NCBI RefSeq assembly: GCF_032444005.1
Contig: NC_091282.1
Location: forward strand, 669,228,001-669,292,000
Origin: Ranitomeya imitator
Taxonomy: Eukaryota
Length of the DNA: 64,000 bases
Direction: 5' to 3'
Below the pieces are notes generated by a model that worked only from the letters and a program-made list of their open reading frames with translations, had not been told where the DNA came from and ran no database searches. This document shows, piece by piece, positions 50,640 through 61,928 of this stretch. Both the position numbers and the translations under genes were made by a program. How positions within the stretch are numbered: the first letter of the stretch is position 1; each line of letters opens with the position of its first letter.

Positions 50640-51350
50640 AGGCCCTGTCACACATAGCGAGATCGCTAGCGAGATCGCTGCTGAGTCACAAGTTTTGTGA
50701 CGCAACAGCGATCTCAGTAGCGATCTCGCTATGTGTGACACGTACCAGCGATCAGGCCCCTGCTGTGAGATCGCTGGTCGTGTCGGAATGGCCTGGGCCA
50801 TTTTTTGATCGTTGAGGTCCCGCTGACATCGCTGAATCGGCGTGTGTGATGCCGATTCAGCGATGTCTTCGCTGGTAACCAGGGTAAACATCGGGTTACT
50901 AAGCGCAGGGCCGCGCTTAGTAACCCGATGTTTACCCTGGTTACCATCGTTAAAGTTAAAAAAACAAACGCTACATACTTACCTACCGCTGTCTGTCCCC
51001 GGCGCTCTGCTTCTCTGGTCTGGCTGTGAGCGGCGGGCAGCCGGAAAGCAGAGCACAGCGGTGACGTCACCGCTCTGCTTTCCGGCCGCTGTGCTCACAG
51101 CCAGAGCAGAGAAGCCCAGCGCCGGGGACAGACAGCGGTAGGTAAGTATGTAGCGTTTGTTTTTTTTAACTTTAACGATGGTAACCAGGGTAAACATCGG
51201 GTTACTAAGCGCGGCCCTGCGCTTAGTAACCCGATGTTTACCCTGGTTACCCGGGGACTTCGGCATCGTTGAAGACAGTTTCAACGATGCCGAAGTCTTT
51301 CCCCGGATCGTTGGTCGCTGGAGAGAGCTGTCTGTGTGACCTGTGGGCCT
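50640..51350. mobile_element. Harbinger-type MITE with nested internal palindromes
   Basis: AGGCCCTGTCACACA ... TGTGTGAC(ctgt)GGGCCT. Two copies of the hairpin GGTAACCAGGGTAAACATCGGGTTACTAAGCGC...GCGCTTAGTAACCCGATGTTTACCCTGGTTACC. Confidence 0.72.
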
Positions 51351-52439
51351 TTACTCCCTCAGTCAGTTCTTAGCTGCTGAGGTGCCAGGCCCTGTCTCGG
51401 TTACTCTCTCTTGTCTGCCACCCAGGGGGGCGTTGTACCCTGGTCTGTGTCCTGTGTAGCCACCCAGTGGGGCTTAGTACCCTGGCCTATGTTTTTGTGT
51501 AGCCACCCAGCGGGGCTTCGTACCCTGGCCTATGTCTGCCACCCAGAGGGGCATCGTACCCTGGCTTGTGTCTGTCTCTGTGTCTTGTCTCGTTCCTGAC
51601 TCTGTCTTAGTCTAGTCCTATTCCTCTGTCTGTTTATATCTCTGTCTTGGTTTGCCTGTTCTGCTGTGCATTCTCTGTGTCTTGCTTTGCTCCGCTTTCG
51701 GCTCCGCTCTCTGCGACCTTGCTTTGCTCCTTGCTCTGCAGTGACCTTGCTCGGCACTCTGTGTCTTGCTCTGCACTCAGCTCTGCACTCTGTGGCTTAG
51801 CTCTAGCTCTGCTCTCAGTAACTTTGCTCTGCACTCTGACCTTGCTATGCACTGTGGCTTCGCTCTGCACTCTGACCTTGCTCTCCACTCTGTGGCTTCG
51901 CTCTGCGGCTCCACTCCTTGCGGTTCTACCTGGCTCTGCTCTTTGCGGTTCTACTGCTCCAGCTCTTGGCTCCGCCTCCTGCGTTTCTGTGCTTGGCTCC
52001 GCCTCCTGCTCTTGGCTCTGCCTTCTGCGTTTCTGTTCCTATCTCTAGCTCCTGTGCTTTCGCTGTGCATCGGCTCTTGCGGTCTTCCCCTACCTTTTCT
52101 TAAGTCCTCCTGTCTGAACAGGTTCTTACCTGTTTTGCAGACCTGCCTGCAGTCTGGTCCCTACCGGTTCTTCCAGTGTACCAGCCTTGTCCACCTGTCT
52201 TGCCTGTGTCCCAGCCGTGCCCGCCTGTATGCTGGAGTGCCAGCCATGCCCGCTTGCCTGTCTATGTTCCGTTCCCCGGTGGGATCAGCAGCCACAGCCA
52301 GACATCACCCTGGAGTGGTACCTGGTAGCTTCCTATTGCACACGTCTGACCTCACCATCAGAGGCTCCAGCGAACACCTAGGAAGCTACTTAGTTACGCC
52401 CCTTCCAGGGAAGTTTGGTCTGTGGTCCAGTGGGGCCAC

Positions 52440-53185
52440 TGTTGTGAGTTCTGTTTTTGGGCTCCCTCTGGTGGTTACTGATGGTACTGGGTGACTTGTG
52501 TTCTCTGCGGTCTCTGGTGTCCACCTGTTCCATCAGGTTATGGGAGTTTCCTATTTAACCTGGCTTTTTTGTCATTTCCTCGCCGGCTAGCAATGTAATC
52601 AGCGTGTCTTTTTACCTCTGCTACCTGCGTCTGTTATCTTCAGGACAAGCTAAGTTTTGATTTTCCTGTTCTACGTTTTGCTTAATTTTTGTCTTAGTCC
52701 AGCTTGCAGATATGTGATTCCTTGCTGCTGGTTGCTCTAGTGGGCTGAAATTACTCCTCATGTTCCATGAGTTGGCACATGAGTTCAAGTAATTTCAGGA
52801 TGGTTTTTTGAAGGGTTTTTCGCTGACCGCGCAGTTCACTTTTGTATCCTCTGCTATCTAGCTTTAGCGGGCCTCATTTTTGCTGATTCTATTTTCATAA
52901 CTACGTATGTGCTTTCCTCTCATTTCACCGTTATTACATGTGGGGGGCTGCTATTTCTGTGGGGTGTTTCTCTGGAGGCAAGTGAGGTCTGTGTTTCTTC
53001 TAATAGGGGAAGTTAATCCTTCGGCTGGCACGAGACGTCTAGGAATCATCGTAGGCACGTTCCCCGGCTACTGCTAGTTGTGTGTTTAGGTTCAGGATCG
53101 CGGTCAGCTCAGGTTCCATCACCCTAGAGCTTGTTTTGTTTTTGTGCTTGTCCTTTTGTGATCCCCTGCCATTGGGATCATGACA
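52440..53185 (+). mobile_element. Solo LTR (TGTTGTGA... family)
   Basis: TG...CA termini, 6-bp TSD GGCCAC, and a start resembling the LTR of the 44829-49379 element. Confidence 0.8.
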
Positions 53186-54224
53186 GGCCACACCCCCGCA
53201 CGCCCGCGCCAACCAGTCTGGGCGCGTGCGTGACATAAATACATTTTTTTTTATTTTATTATTTTTCCATAAGAGGGTGATAAAGGGGGGTTTGGCGTAC
53301 TATTTATAGCAGGTTTTTATAGCGGATTTTTATGATTGGCAGCCGGCACACACTAAAAGACGCTCTTTATTGCAAATAATATTTTTTGCATCACCTCATT
53401 TTGAGAGCTATAATTTTTCAATATTTTGGTCCACAGAGTCATGTGAGGTCTTGTTTTTTGCGGGACGAGTTGATGTTTTTATTGGTAACATTTTCGGGCA
53501 CGTGACATTTTTTGATCGCTTTTTAATCCGATTTTTGTGAGGTAGAATGAACAAAAACCTGCAATTCATTAATTTCTTTTGGGGGAGGCGTTTATACCGT
53601 TCCGCATTTGGTAAAATTGATAAAGCAGTTTTATTCTTCTGGTCAGTACGATTGCAGCGATACCTCATTTATATATTTTTTATAATGTTTTGCCGTTTTT
53701 ATACAATAAAAACTATTTTATATAAAAAATAATTAGTTTTGCATCAATTTATTCTGAGAGCTATAACTTTTTTATTTTTCCGGTGATGGAGCTATATGGT
53801 GGCTTGTTTTTTGCAGGACAAGATGACGTTTTCAGCGGTACCACGTTTATTTATATCCTTCTTTTTGATCGCGTGTTATTCAACTTTTTGTTTGGCGGTA
53901 TGATGATAAAACATTTTTTTTTGCCTTTTTTTTTAATGGTGTTCACTAAAGGTGTTAACTATTGGGACAGTTTTATAGGTCGGGTCGTTACAGACACAGC
54001 AATACTAAATATGTGTACTTTTATTGTTTAGATTTTTTTTTTTAGTTCAAAAATTTATTTATTGACTGAATAGTACGTCCAATGCCAGAAAGGGGTTAAT
54101 GTCACTTTGATACAATCCTCCTTATTTTGCTTCAGATCTAGCAGAGCTTAAAGTGAACTTGTCGCCCCCAAAATCGAAGGTGAGCTAAGCCCACCAGCAT
54201 CAGGGGCTTATCTACAGCATTCTG

Positions 54225-55294
54225 TAATAAAGAATGGAGAGGTCTATAATTTTTATTGTAAGTACACTTCAACTGTGAGAGACAGAATCTAAAAATAAGA
54301 ACCAGAAAATCACACTGTATGATTTTTACATAATAAATTTGCATTTTATTGCATGAAATAAGTATTTGATACAATAGAAAAACAGAACCTTTATTTGTAA
54401 TTACAGAGGTCAGACTTTTCCTGCAGTTCCTGACCAGGTTTGCACACACTGCAGCAGGGATTTTGGCCCACTCCTCCATACAGATCTCCTCCAGATCTTT
54501 CAGGTTTCGGGGCTGTCATTGGGCAACATTGTGCTTCAGCTCCCTCCAAAGATTTTCTATTGTGTTCAGATCTGCGTGACCTTGCGTTCCCTGCAGGATT
54601 GTAATCCATGACGGCATAGTGTGATACTAACAGTAATGTTTGAGATTGTGGTCCCATCTCTCTTCAGGTCCCTGACCAGGTTCTCCCATGTAGTTCTGGG
54701 CTGATTCCTGACCTTTCTCAGAATCATCCTTACCCCACAAGGTGAGATCTTGAATGGAGCCACAGACTGAGCAAGATTGATAGTCATCTTGTGTTTCTTC
54801 CATTTTCTAATAATTGTGCCAACAGTTGTTGGCTTCTCACCAAGCTGCTTGCCTATTGTCCTGTAGCCCATCCCAGCCTTGTACAGGTCTACAATTTTGT
54901 CCCTGGTGTCCTTAGATAGCTCTTTGGTCTTGGCCATGGTGGAGAGGTTGGAGTGTGATTTATTGAGTGTGGACAGGTGTCTTTTATATAGGTAACGAGT
55001 TCAAACAGGTGCAATTAATACAGGTAATGAGTGCAGAGTAGGAGGGCTTCTTGAAGAAAAACTGACAGGTCTGTGAGAGCCAGAATTCTTGCTGGTTGGT
55101 CGGCAATCAAATACTTATTTCATGTAATAAAATGCAATATAATTATGTAAAAATCATACAATGTGATTTTTCTGGATTTTGTGTAGATTCTGTCTCTCAC
55201 AGGTGAGGTGTACCTACGATAAAAATTACAGATCTCATCATTCTTTGTAGGTGGGAGAACTTGCAAAATCGGCAGTCTATCAAATACTTATTTT
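54225..55294 (-). mobile_element. Internally deleted Tc1 element related to 30852-32415
   Basis: ORF 54566-54937 [18 protein letters not shown] is joined to a C-terminal remnant ([16 protein letters not shown]); partial TIRs. Confidence 0.82.
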
Positions 55295-56924
55295 GATACA
55301 TTTTTAATTAAAAATTTAGGAATAAATGTATATAAAAGCTTGGTGAAGAACCCAGTGGCCCTCACCCTCTTACTGGCCACCAGAGATGGTAGTTTTCCAC
55401 ACATTTGCTTGTGCAGACCCATTGTAAGTGGCGCGTTACAGGATTTGGTAAGTTTTGATGCCGCCCCTCACAGTGCGGCGTTCTGGCCCGAACCATGGCT
55501 GCTGATAGAGGAGCAATCGGCTACCCTCATTCAATAACTTTGTTGGTTTCTAATGTTGGGGCAACTGACGATCTTTTAAACAGTACATGACCAGGCCATT
55601 TAACCCATCTTTATGCACAACAACATTTTCGAGTTTTATCGTACACATGCATTTAGCATCTTTATAATTTATCCTCTTTTCAATAGTCAAATCATTTTTG
55701 CCTTTTTCGTGACATATATACGGCTTAACTACCGTAATTATGTCCTTTTTTGTTGATCTCTGTGAAGATGTGGAGAAAACTAGATATATAATATGTATCT
55801 GTTGTTCACTTTTTTGTTTTCATTATCACCACAGAGGACGTAAAAAGACATTTTAAATTGTGTTCAATTTTTAGTAGAAATTAATTTTTATACATTGGAC
55901 ATAAGGACAATTTTTTGATGGGGTGGGGCTAAAACTACAGTTTAGACTGGCAATGTCTTTCTTTTCTTAGTTTATTTTTGCTATTTTTAGTTATTTTCAT
56001 TGTTATACACTGCGCATAACAGACTTTTGGGGGAATTTTAACAAATCAATACATTCTTTTGTTTGCCGATATCCCTTGTAACTGGGGCTGGTGTATTAGC
56101 TCCAGCTGCAGGACAATTTCAGCCTACTGGCTGGGTTCCTAGGACACAGTAGCTCCTGTTCCGCCCTTACAACTAGTAATCACATTTCCTGGGTCCAGAG
56201 AAGGAAGCAGGGTAAGTGCTTCATAATCTATATACACAGCAGTTGTTCATCACTCTGTATACAGAGATGGAGAAGGTAAATATGGTAATAAACTGTGTAT
56301 ATCTTGTCTGTGGGGAGTCTGGTTGTGTCTGGGTTACCGTTTTGCAGAGTCCTAGAACACGGATGATGCTTGTGTAACCCTGTTTGGCTTTGTGGTGCAA
56401 ATCGACATTTGGCTGCATACTGGAAATATTAAAGTGTTGGTTCAGGCTAAGGATATTGATGACCTATCCACACGAAGGGTCATCAATATCTGATCAATAG
56501 GGGTCCAATGCTGGGCTCCTCCCACTGATAAATTTAAAAGTATAGGTGCTGCGTTGCAGTGTGGACAAGGCTGTGCTGTTCTGCTCCAGTCACTTCTTAC
56601 ATCCAGCTGATCAGTGGTGTCAGTCGGACCCCACAGATCTGATACTGATGATGACCTATCCTGGTATCAATATCCTAAGCTTGGACAATCCATGCACATC
56701 AGATCAACCTTTATTTGCATTCTTCCTAGCATGCACAAAATTTGGCTGTTAGTCGTCAGTTTATGTCATTTTTCTTCTGTAGACCTCCACTGGATTTATT
56801 TCACTTGTATAATTTAAAATATATTTCATTTTCTGACTTGTGATGTGACAGTACAAATAAAAAAACAAACAGAAAATACACAAAAAACACGGCGAATCCA
56901 AACAGTGCAAAGTGTATGTGCAAG

Positions 56925-57280
56925 GGGTGGGGGAAGATTTACGGTGATGGGGGTATTTAGTGTAACGTGCAGGTTGAAGAATTAAGGCCATGATGGTATT
57001 TAGTGTAACGGGCCTGGGAAGTGGGGAAGATTTACGGTGATGGGGGTATTTAGTGTAACGTGCAGGATGAAGAATCACGGCCATGGCGGTATTTAGTGTA
57101 ACAGGCCTGGGAAGTGGGGAAAATTTATGGTGATGGGGATATTTAGAGTAACAGGCGAGGGGAAGATTTAGTGATGGGTTATTTAGTGTAATGGGCAGGG
57201 GGAAGATTTATGGTGATAGAGGTATTTAGTGTAATGGGCCTGTGAAAGATTAACGGTGATGGGGGTATTTAGTGTAACAG
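56925..57280. repeat. Degenerate minisatellite
   Basis: Repeats of GAAGATTTACGGTGATGGGGGTATTTAGTGTAACG. Confidence 0.75.
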
Positions 57281-58242
57281 CCAATAATTTATTGAGGGGC
57301 TCAGCGCAGGACAGATACTTTTATTCAGGAGCATTATAATAACACTGCTATCTAAGGCTATGTGCGCACACTGCGTATTTGCTTGCAGAAATTTCTGCAA
57401 GGTTTCTGCATCTCTTGGCAGAAAAACGCAGCTGGAAATATGCACTTTTTTATGCGTTTTTGTAATTATGAAATTAATATTAAATAAAGACACACCAGCC
57501 TATGTAGGAGCATTAATATAATTAACCTACATATGCTGAAGAAAAAAAAGCAACTGTCAGAAATTGCGTGAAATGCAGTATCTGCTTAGCTTTTGAAAAA
57601 ATGTTTAAAAATTTTTTGTGGGTTCCCACATAATTTTAATAACCAGCAGAGGGAAAGCTGATGGCTGAGTGCAAGTGTTAATATTCTGGGAAGGAGCCAA
57701 TAGCCAAAGGTTACCAGGCTATTAATATCAGCTCACAACGGTTTGCTTAGCCTTTACTGGCTAGTTTACAAGGGAACCCCAGAAAAAAATTGACATGGGG
57801 TCACCCTATAAAAATCAAACCAGCAAAGGCTAGGAAGACAGCTGCAGACTGATATTAATAGCCTGGGAAGGGGCCATGGATATTGGCACCCCCTGGTTTA
57901 AAACATCAGCTCTCAACCGCCCCAGAAATGGCACATCTATGCACCAATTCGGGCACTTAGCCTTGCTTTTCCCACTTACCCTGTAGTGGTGGCAAGTGGG
58001 GTTAATGCCCATGGCTTAGTAATGGAGAGCCGTCTATAAGACACCTATCCATTACTAATCCTATAGTTAAATGATAAATAAACACACAGCCAGAATAAAG
58101 TCCTTTATTTGAAAAAAATCACAGACTGCTTTATTGAATCTAAATTTACCATATTTACCTAATCCCTGACGCCCTCATCTCCTGCAATCAAAAAATAATA
58201 AACCAACATATAATACTATCCTGTCCGATGTAGTCCAATTAA

Positions 58243-59810
58243 CCCCTTTACCCTCAAGGGTGGTTTGCATGTTAATGACTGGGCCAATTTTTACAATTCT
58301 GACCACTGTCCCTTTATGAGGTTATAACTCTGGAATGCTTCAACGGATCCCAGTGATTTTGACATTGTTTTCTCGTGACATATTGTACTTCATTTTAGTG
58401 GTAACATTTCTTTGATATTACCTGCATTTATTTGTGAAAAAGACAGAAATTTGGCAAAAATGTTGAAAATTTCGCAATTTTCTAACTTTGAATTTTTATG
58501 CCGTTAAATCACAGAGATGTCATGCAAAATACTTAATAAGTAACATTTCTCATATGTCTACTTTACATCAGCACAATTTTGGAACCAAAATATTTTTCTC
58601 ATTTTTTTTAAGGGACTACATCACATTTGAAGTCACTTTGAGGGGTCTATATGATAAAAAAATACCCAAGTGTGACACCATTCTAAAAACTGCACCCCTC
58701 AAGGTGCTCAAAACCACATTCAAGAATTTTATTAACCCTTCAGGTGCTTCACAAGAATTTTTGGAATGTTTAAAAAAAAATATGAACATTTAACTTTTTT
58801 TCACAAAAAAATTATTTTAGCTCCAATTTGCTTTATTTTACTAACAGTAACAGAAGTTGGACCCCAAAAGTTGTTGTACGATTTGTTCTGAGTATGCTGA
58901 TACCCTATATGTAGGGGTAAACCACTGTTTGGGCGCATGGCAGAGCTCAGAAGGGAAGGAGCGCAATTTGACTTTTCAATGCAAAATTGATTGGAAATGA
59001 GAGAGGACGCCATGTCGCGTTTGGAGAGTCCCCGATGTGCCTAAACATTGAAACCCCCAAGTGACACCATTTTGGATAGTAGACCCCCTATGGAACTTAT
59101 CTAGATGTGTGGTGAGCACTTTTAACGCCCAAGTGTTTCACTACAGTTTATAACGCAGTCGTGAAAATATTTTTTTTTTTTCCACAAAAATTATTTTTTA
59201 GCCCCTAGTTTTGTATTTTCCCAAGGGTAACAGGAGAAATTCGACCCCAAAAGTTGTTGTCTAATTTGTCCTGAGTATGCAGATACCCCATATGTGGGGG
59301 TGAACCACCGTTTGGGCGCATGGCAGAGCTTGGAAGGGAAGGAGCGGTTTGGAATGCAGACTTAGATGGAATGGTCTGCAGGCATCACATTGCGTTTGCA
59401 GAGCCTTTGATGTACCTAAACAGTAGAAACCCTGAACAAGTGACCCCATATTGGAAACTAGACCCCCCCAAGAAACTTATCTAGATGTGTTGTGAGAACT
59501 TTGAACTCCCAATTGTTTCACTACAGTTTATAATGCAGAGCCGTGAAAATAAAAAAACATTTTTTCCCACAAAAATGATTTTTTAGCCTCCAAATTTTTA
59601 TTTTCCCAAGGGTAACCAGAGAAATTGGACCCCAAAAGTTGTTGCCCAATTTGTCTTGAGTACGCTGATACCCCATATGTTGGGGTAAACCCCCGGTTTT
59701 GGCACACGGGAGAGCTCGGAAGGGAAGGAGCATTGTTTTACTGTTTCAACGCAGAATTGGCTGGAATTGAGATCGGACGCCATGTCGCGTTTGGAGAGCC
59801 CCGTGACCGC
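58243..59810. mobile_element. Partial second copy of the 43733 piggyBac-like family
   Basis: TTAA|CCCCTTTACCCTCAAGGGTGGTTTGC; colinear with 43733-44828 and 49380-50220. Right end not found. Confidence 0.7.
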
Positions 59811-59909
59811 TCCTGGCACTCCACTGCCCCTCCAAAAAAATGGTGGTGTTGGACAGTGGAAATGGCTACAGCACAAGCAATTTGGGGGTTAATCTTCCCT
59901 CCCTAACTA

Positions 59910-60262
59910 TATACCTTCTTCTGATGAAGCTGCAGCAACCTCTCCCTATGCTAAGATCGACAGAAGATGGCGGTCAGCATGCACGCCTCTTTATAGCCCC
60001 TGTGACGCCGCAGAAAGCAAGCCAATCACTGCCATGCCCTTCTCTAAGATGGTGGGGACCGAGACCTATGTCATCACGATGCCCACACTCCGCGTCCTCC
60101 TTCATTGGCTGAAAAATGGCGCTGAGTCATATGAAACGCGACTTTTGCGCGCAGATCGGCGACCTCATGGCCGATCCTACACTAGGATCGGGTTTCATGA
60201 ACCCCGACTTTGCCGAAAGTCGGCGATTTTTGAATTTGTCCGATCAGTTTCGCTCAACCCTA
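59910..60262. mobile_element. Fragment of a probable hAT-type MITE
   Basis: Ends CGCTCAACCCTA (reverse complement TAGGGTTGAGCG); the second end was not located. Confidence 0.4.
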
Positions 60263-60276
60263 GCTCCGGCAGTTAA

Positions 60277-60604
60277 AGGGAACCTGTCACCTGAATTTGG
60301 CGGGACTGGTTTTGGGTCATATGGGCGGAGTTTTCGGGTGTTTGATTCACCCTTTCCTTACCCGCTGGCTGCATGCTGGCTGCAATATTGGATTGAAGTT
60401 CATTCTCTGTCCTCCATAGTACACGCCTGCACAAGGCAATCTTGCTTTGCCCAGGCGTGTACTATGGAGGACAGAGAATGAACTTCAATCCAATATTCCA
60501 GCCAACATGCAGCAAGCGGGTAAGGAAAGGGTGAATCAAACACCCAGAAACTCCGCCCATATGACCCAAAACCAGTCCCGCCAAATTCAGGTCACAGAGT
60601 CCCT
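60277..60604. mobile_element. Kolobok/T2-type fully palindromic MITE
   Basis: TTAA|AGGGAACCTGTCACCTGAATTTGGCGGG ... CCCGCCAAATTCAGGTCACAGAGTCCCT|TTAA with ~155-bp arms. Confidence 0.88.
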
Positions 60605-61333
60605 TTAAGGAGTTGTCCAGGTCTGTGCTGTCTGCAGTCATTCTATGTGACCTGTCCTGACCACATCTCCATGGAGCACCTTATCTATCTCCTATCACAG
60701 GTGTGTATGGCGCTTTCTCCTCTGATGCAGACTCGTGGTATTGTCACTTATCCCCAAGACACTGTTCACACATACAGTGTAGTAATTTCTGAGGCGTTAC
60801 TTATGGTATTTTGGGCCCTTTCTGTAGGGTCAGTGATTACAGGTAGCTATTACATTAGTTTGCCCTTTATCATCTTGTAGCTGCCTCATGTGTCAGTACA
60901 CATTGCTAACATTCTAGTTCTGTTATTAGTTGGACTATTAGCTTTCCAGCATGGCAATCTCTTCCCCCGCCTGGAGGTGACTGGTATATTATATATTGTG
61001 ATTGGACTGTGGAGCCTTCCATTCCTGTCCTGCAGCCGTGACACGCGTGTCTGAGCATCAGTGTGTACACGCAGCACGTGACGGTGACGTGTTTCCTGGA
61101 GCTGAGCCCTCAACATCCCACCATTCCCTACATAGCCCCTCATCACCCCCCCCCCTATTCACCACACAGCCCATCATCCCCACATTCCCTAAACAGCCCC
61201 TCATCATCCTCCCATTCCCCACACACCCCCTCATCATCCCCCCTATTCTCCATACAGACCCTCATCATCTTCCCTTTGCAGCCCCACTCAAGTAACATCA
61301 ACCCCTTACCAAATTACATCCTCAGAGCACTCA

Positions 61334-61631
61334 GGGTATGTGCACACGTATTTATGAGGGCTGCGGATTTTTCCGCAGCTGATTTCATAAATCCGCAGGT
61401 AAAAGGCACTCCGTTTTACCTGCGGATTTTCCGCAGTTTTTTTGCTGATTTTGCGCAGATTCCACCTGCGGTTTTACACCTGCGGATTCCTATTATGGAG
61501 CAGGTGTAATCCGCTGCGGAATGTAACCTGCAGCGTTTCCGCGCATTTTTTTCCGCAGCTTGAGCACTGTGGATTGCGTTTTCCATAGGTTTACATTGCA
61601 CGGTAAACTCATGGAACGTGTGCACATAGCC
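61334..61631. mobile_element. Harbinger/PIF-type MITE
   Basis: TCA|GGGTATGTGCACACGT ... ACGTGTGCACATAGCC|TCA; internal CTGCGGATTTT repeats. Confidence 0.8.
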
Positions 61632-61722
61632 TCAGAGTCCTGCGTCCTCATTCCCGGGACGGACTAAACTGCATATTGGGATGATGGGATGATGGGATGA
61701 TGGGCTGCAATAATAGACTCCA

Positions 61723-61735
61723 CCACTAGATGGCA
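61723..61735 (+). promoter_or_regulatory. Candidate CTCF site
   Basis: CCACTAGATGGCA matches the CCASYAGRKGGCR core; motif match only. Confidence 0.4.
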
Positions 61736-61928
61736 TCACATTTTACAAATGACTTCTTGTAATATAGCAAGAAGGGAATTCAATGGAAATACTTAAATGA
61801 ATCAGAAAATCCACAGGGCTGGATTAAAGTTTAATAATAGAACCAGCGAAAAAAGATTGTAACTATATGGGATTATGTGTAGAATATCGGGTTACACACG
61901 CCTGGTGATATATCTCATCAACATCTCA

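Larger units (their letters stand above)
50346..53235 (+). mobile_element. Solo LTR related to the gag-only element LTR, carrying two insertions
   Basis: Begins TGTAGCAACCCTGCTGGCATCAC and ends CCAGTCTGGGCGCGTGCGTGACA, like 20429-22014. 5-bp TSD TAAAT. Confidence 0.85.
43733..54095. mobile_element. piggyBac-like non-autonomous element (~2.55 kb when reconstructed) hosting nested insertions
   Basis: TTAA|CCCCTTT at 43733 and AAAGGGG|TTAA at 54095. Host sequence resumes across each insertion's TSD. An uninterrupted partial relative starts at 58243. Confidence 0.7.

Noticed and set aside
59922-59935. CTGATGAAG hammerhead-like core
   Set aside because: No stem II or GAAA follows; not a ribozyme motif.
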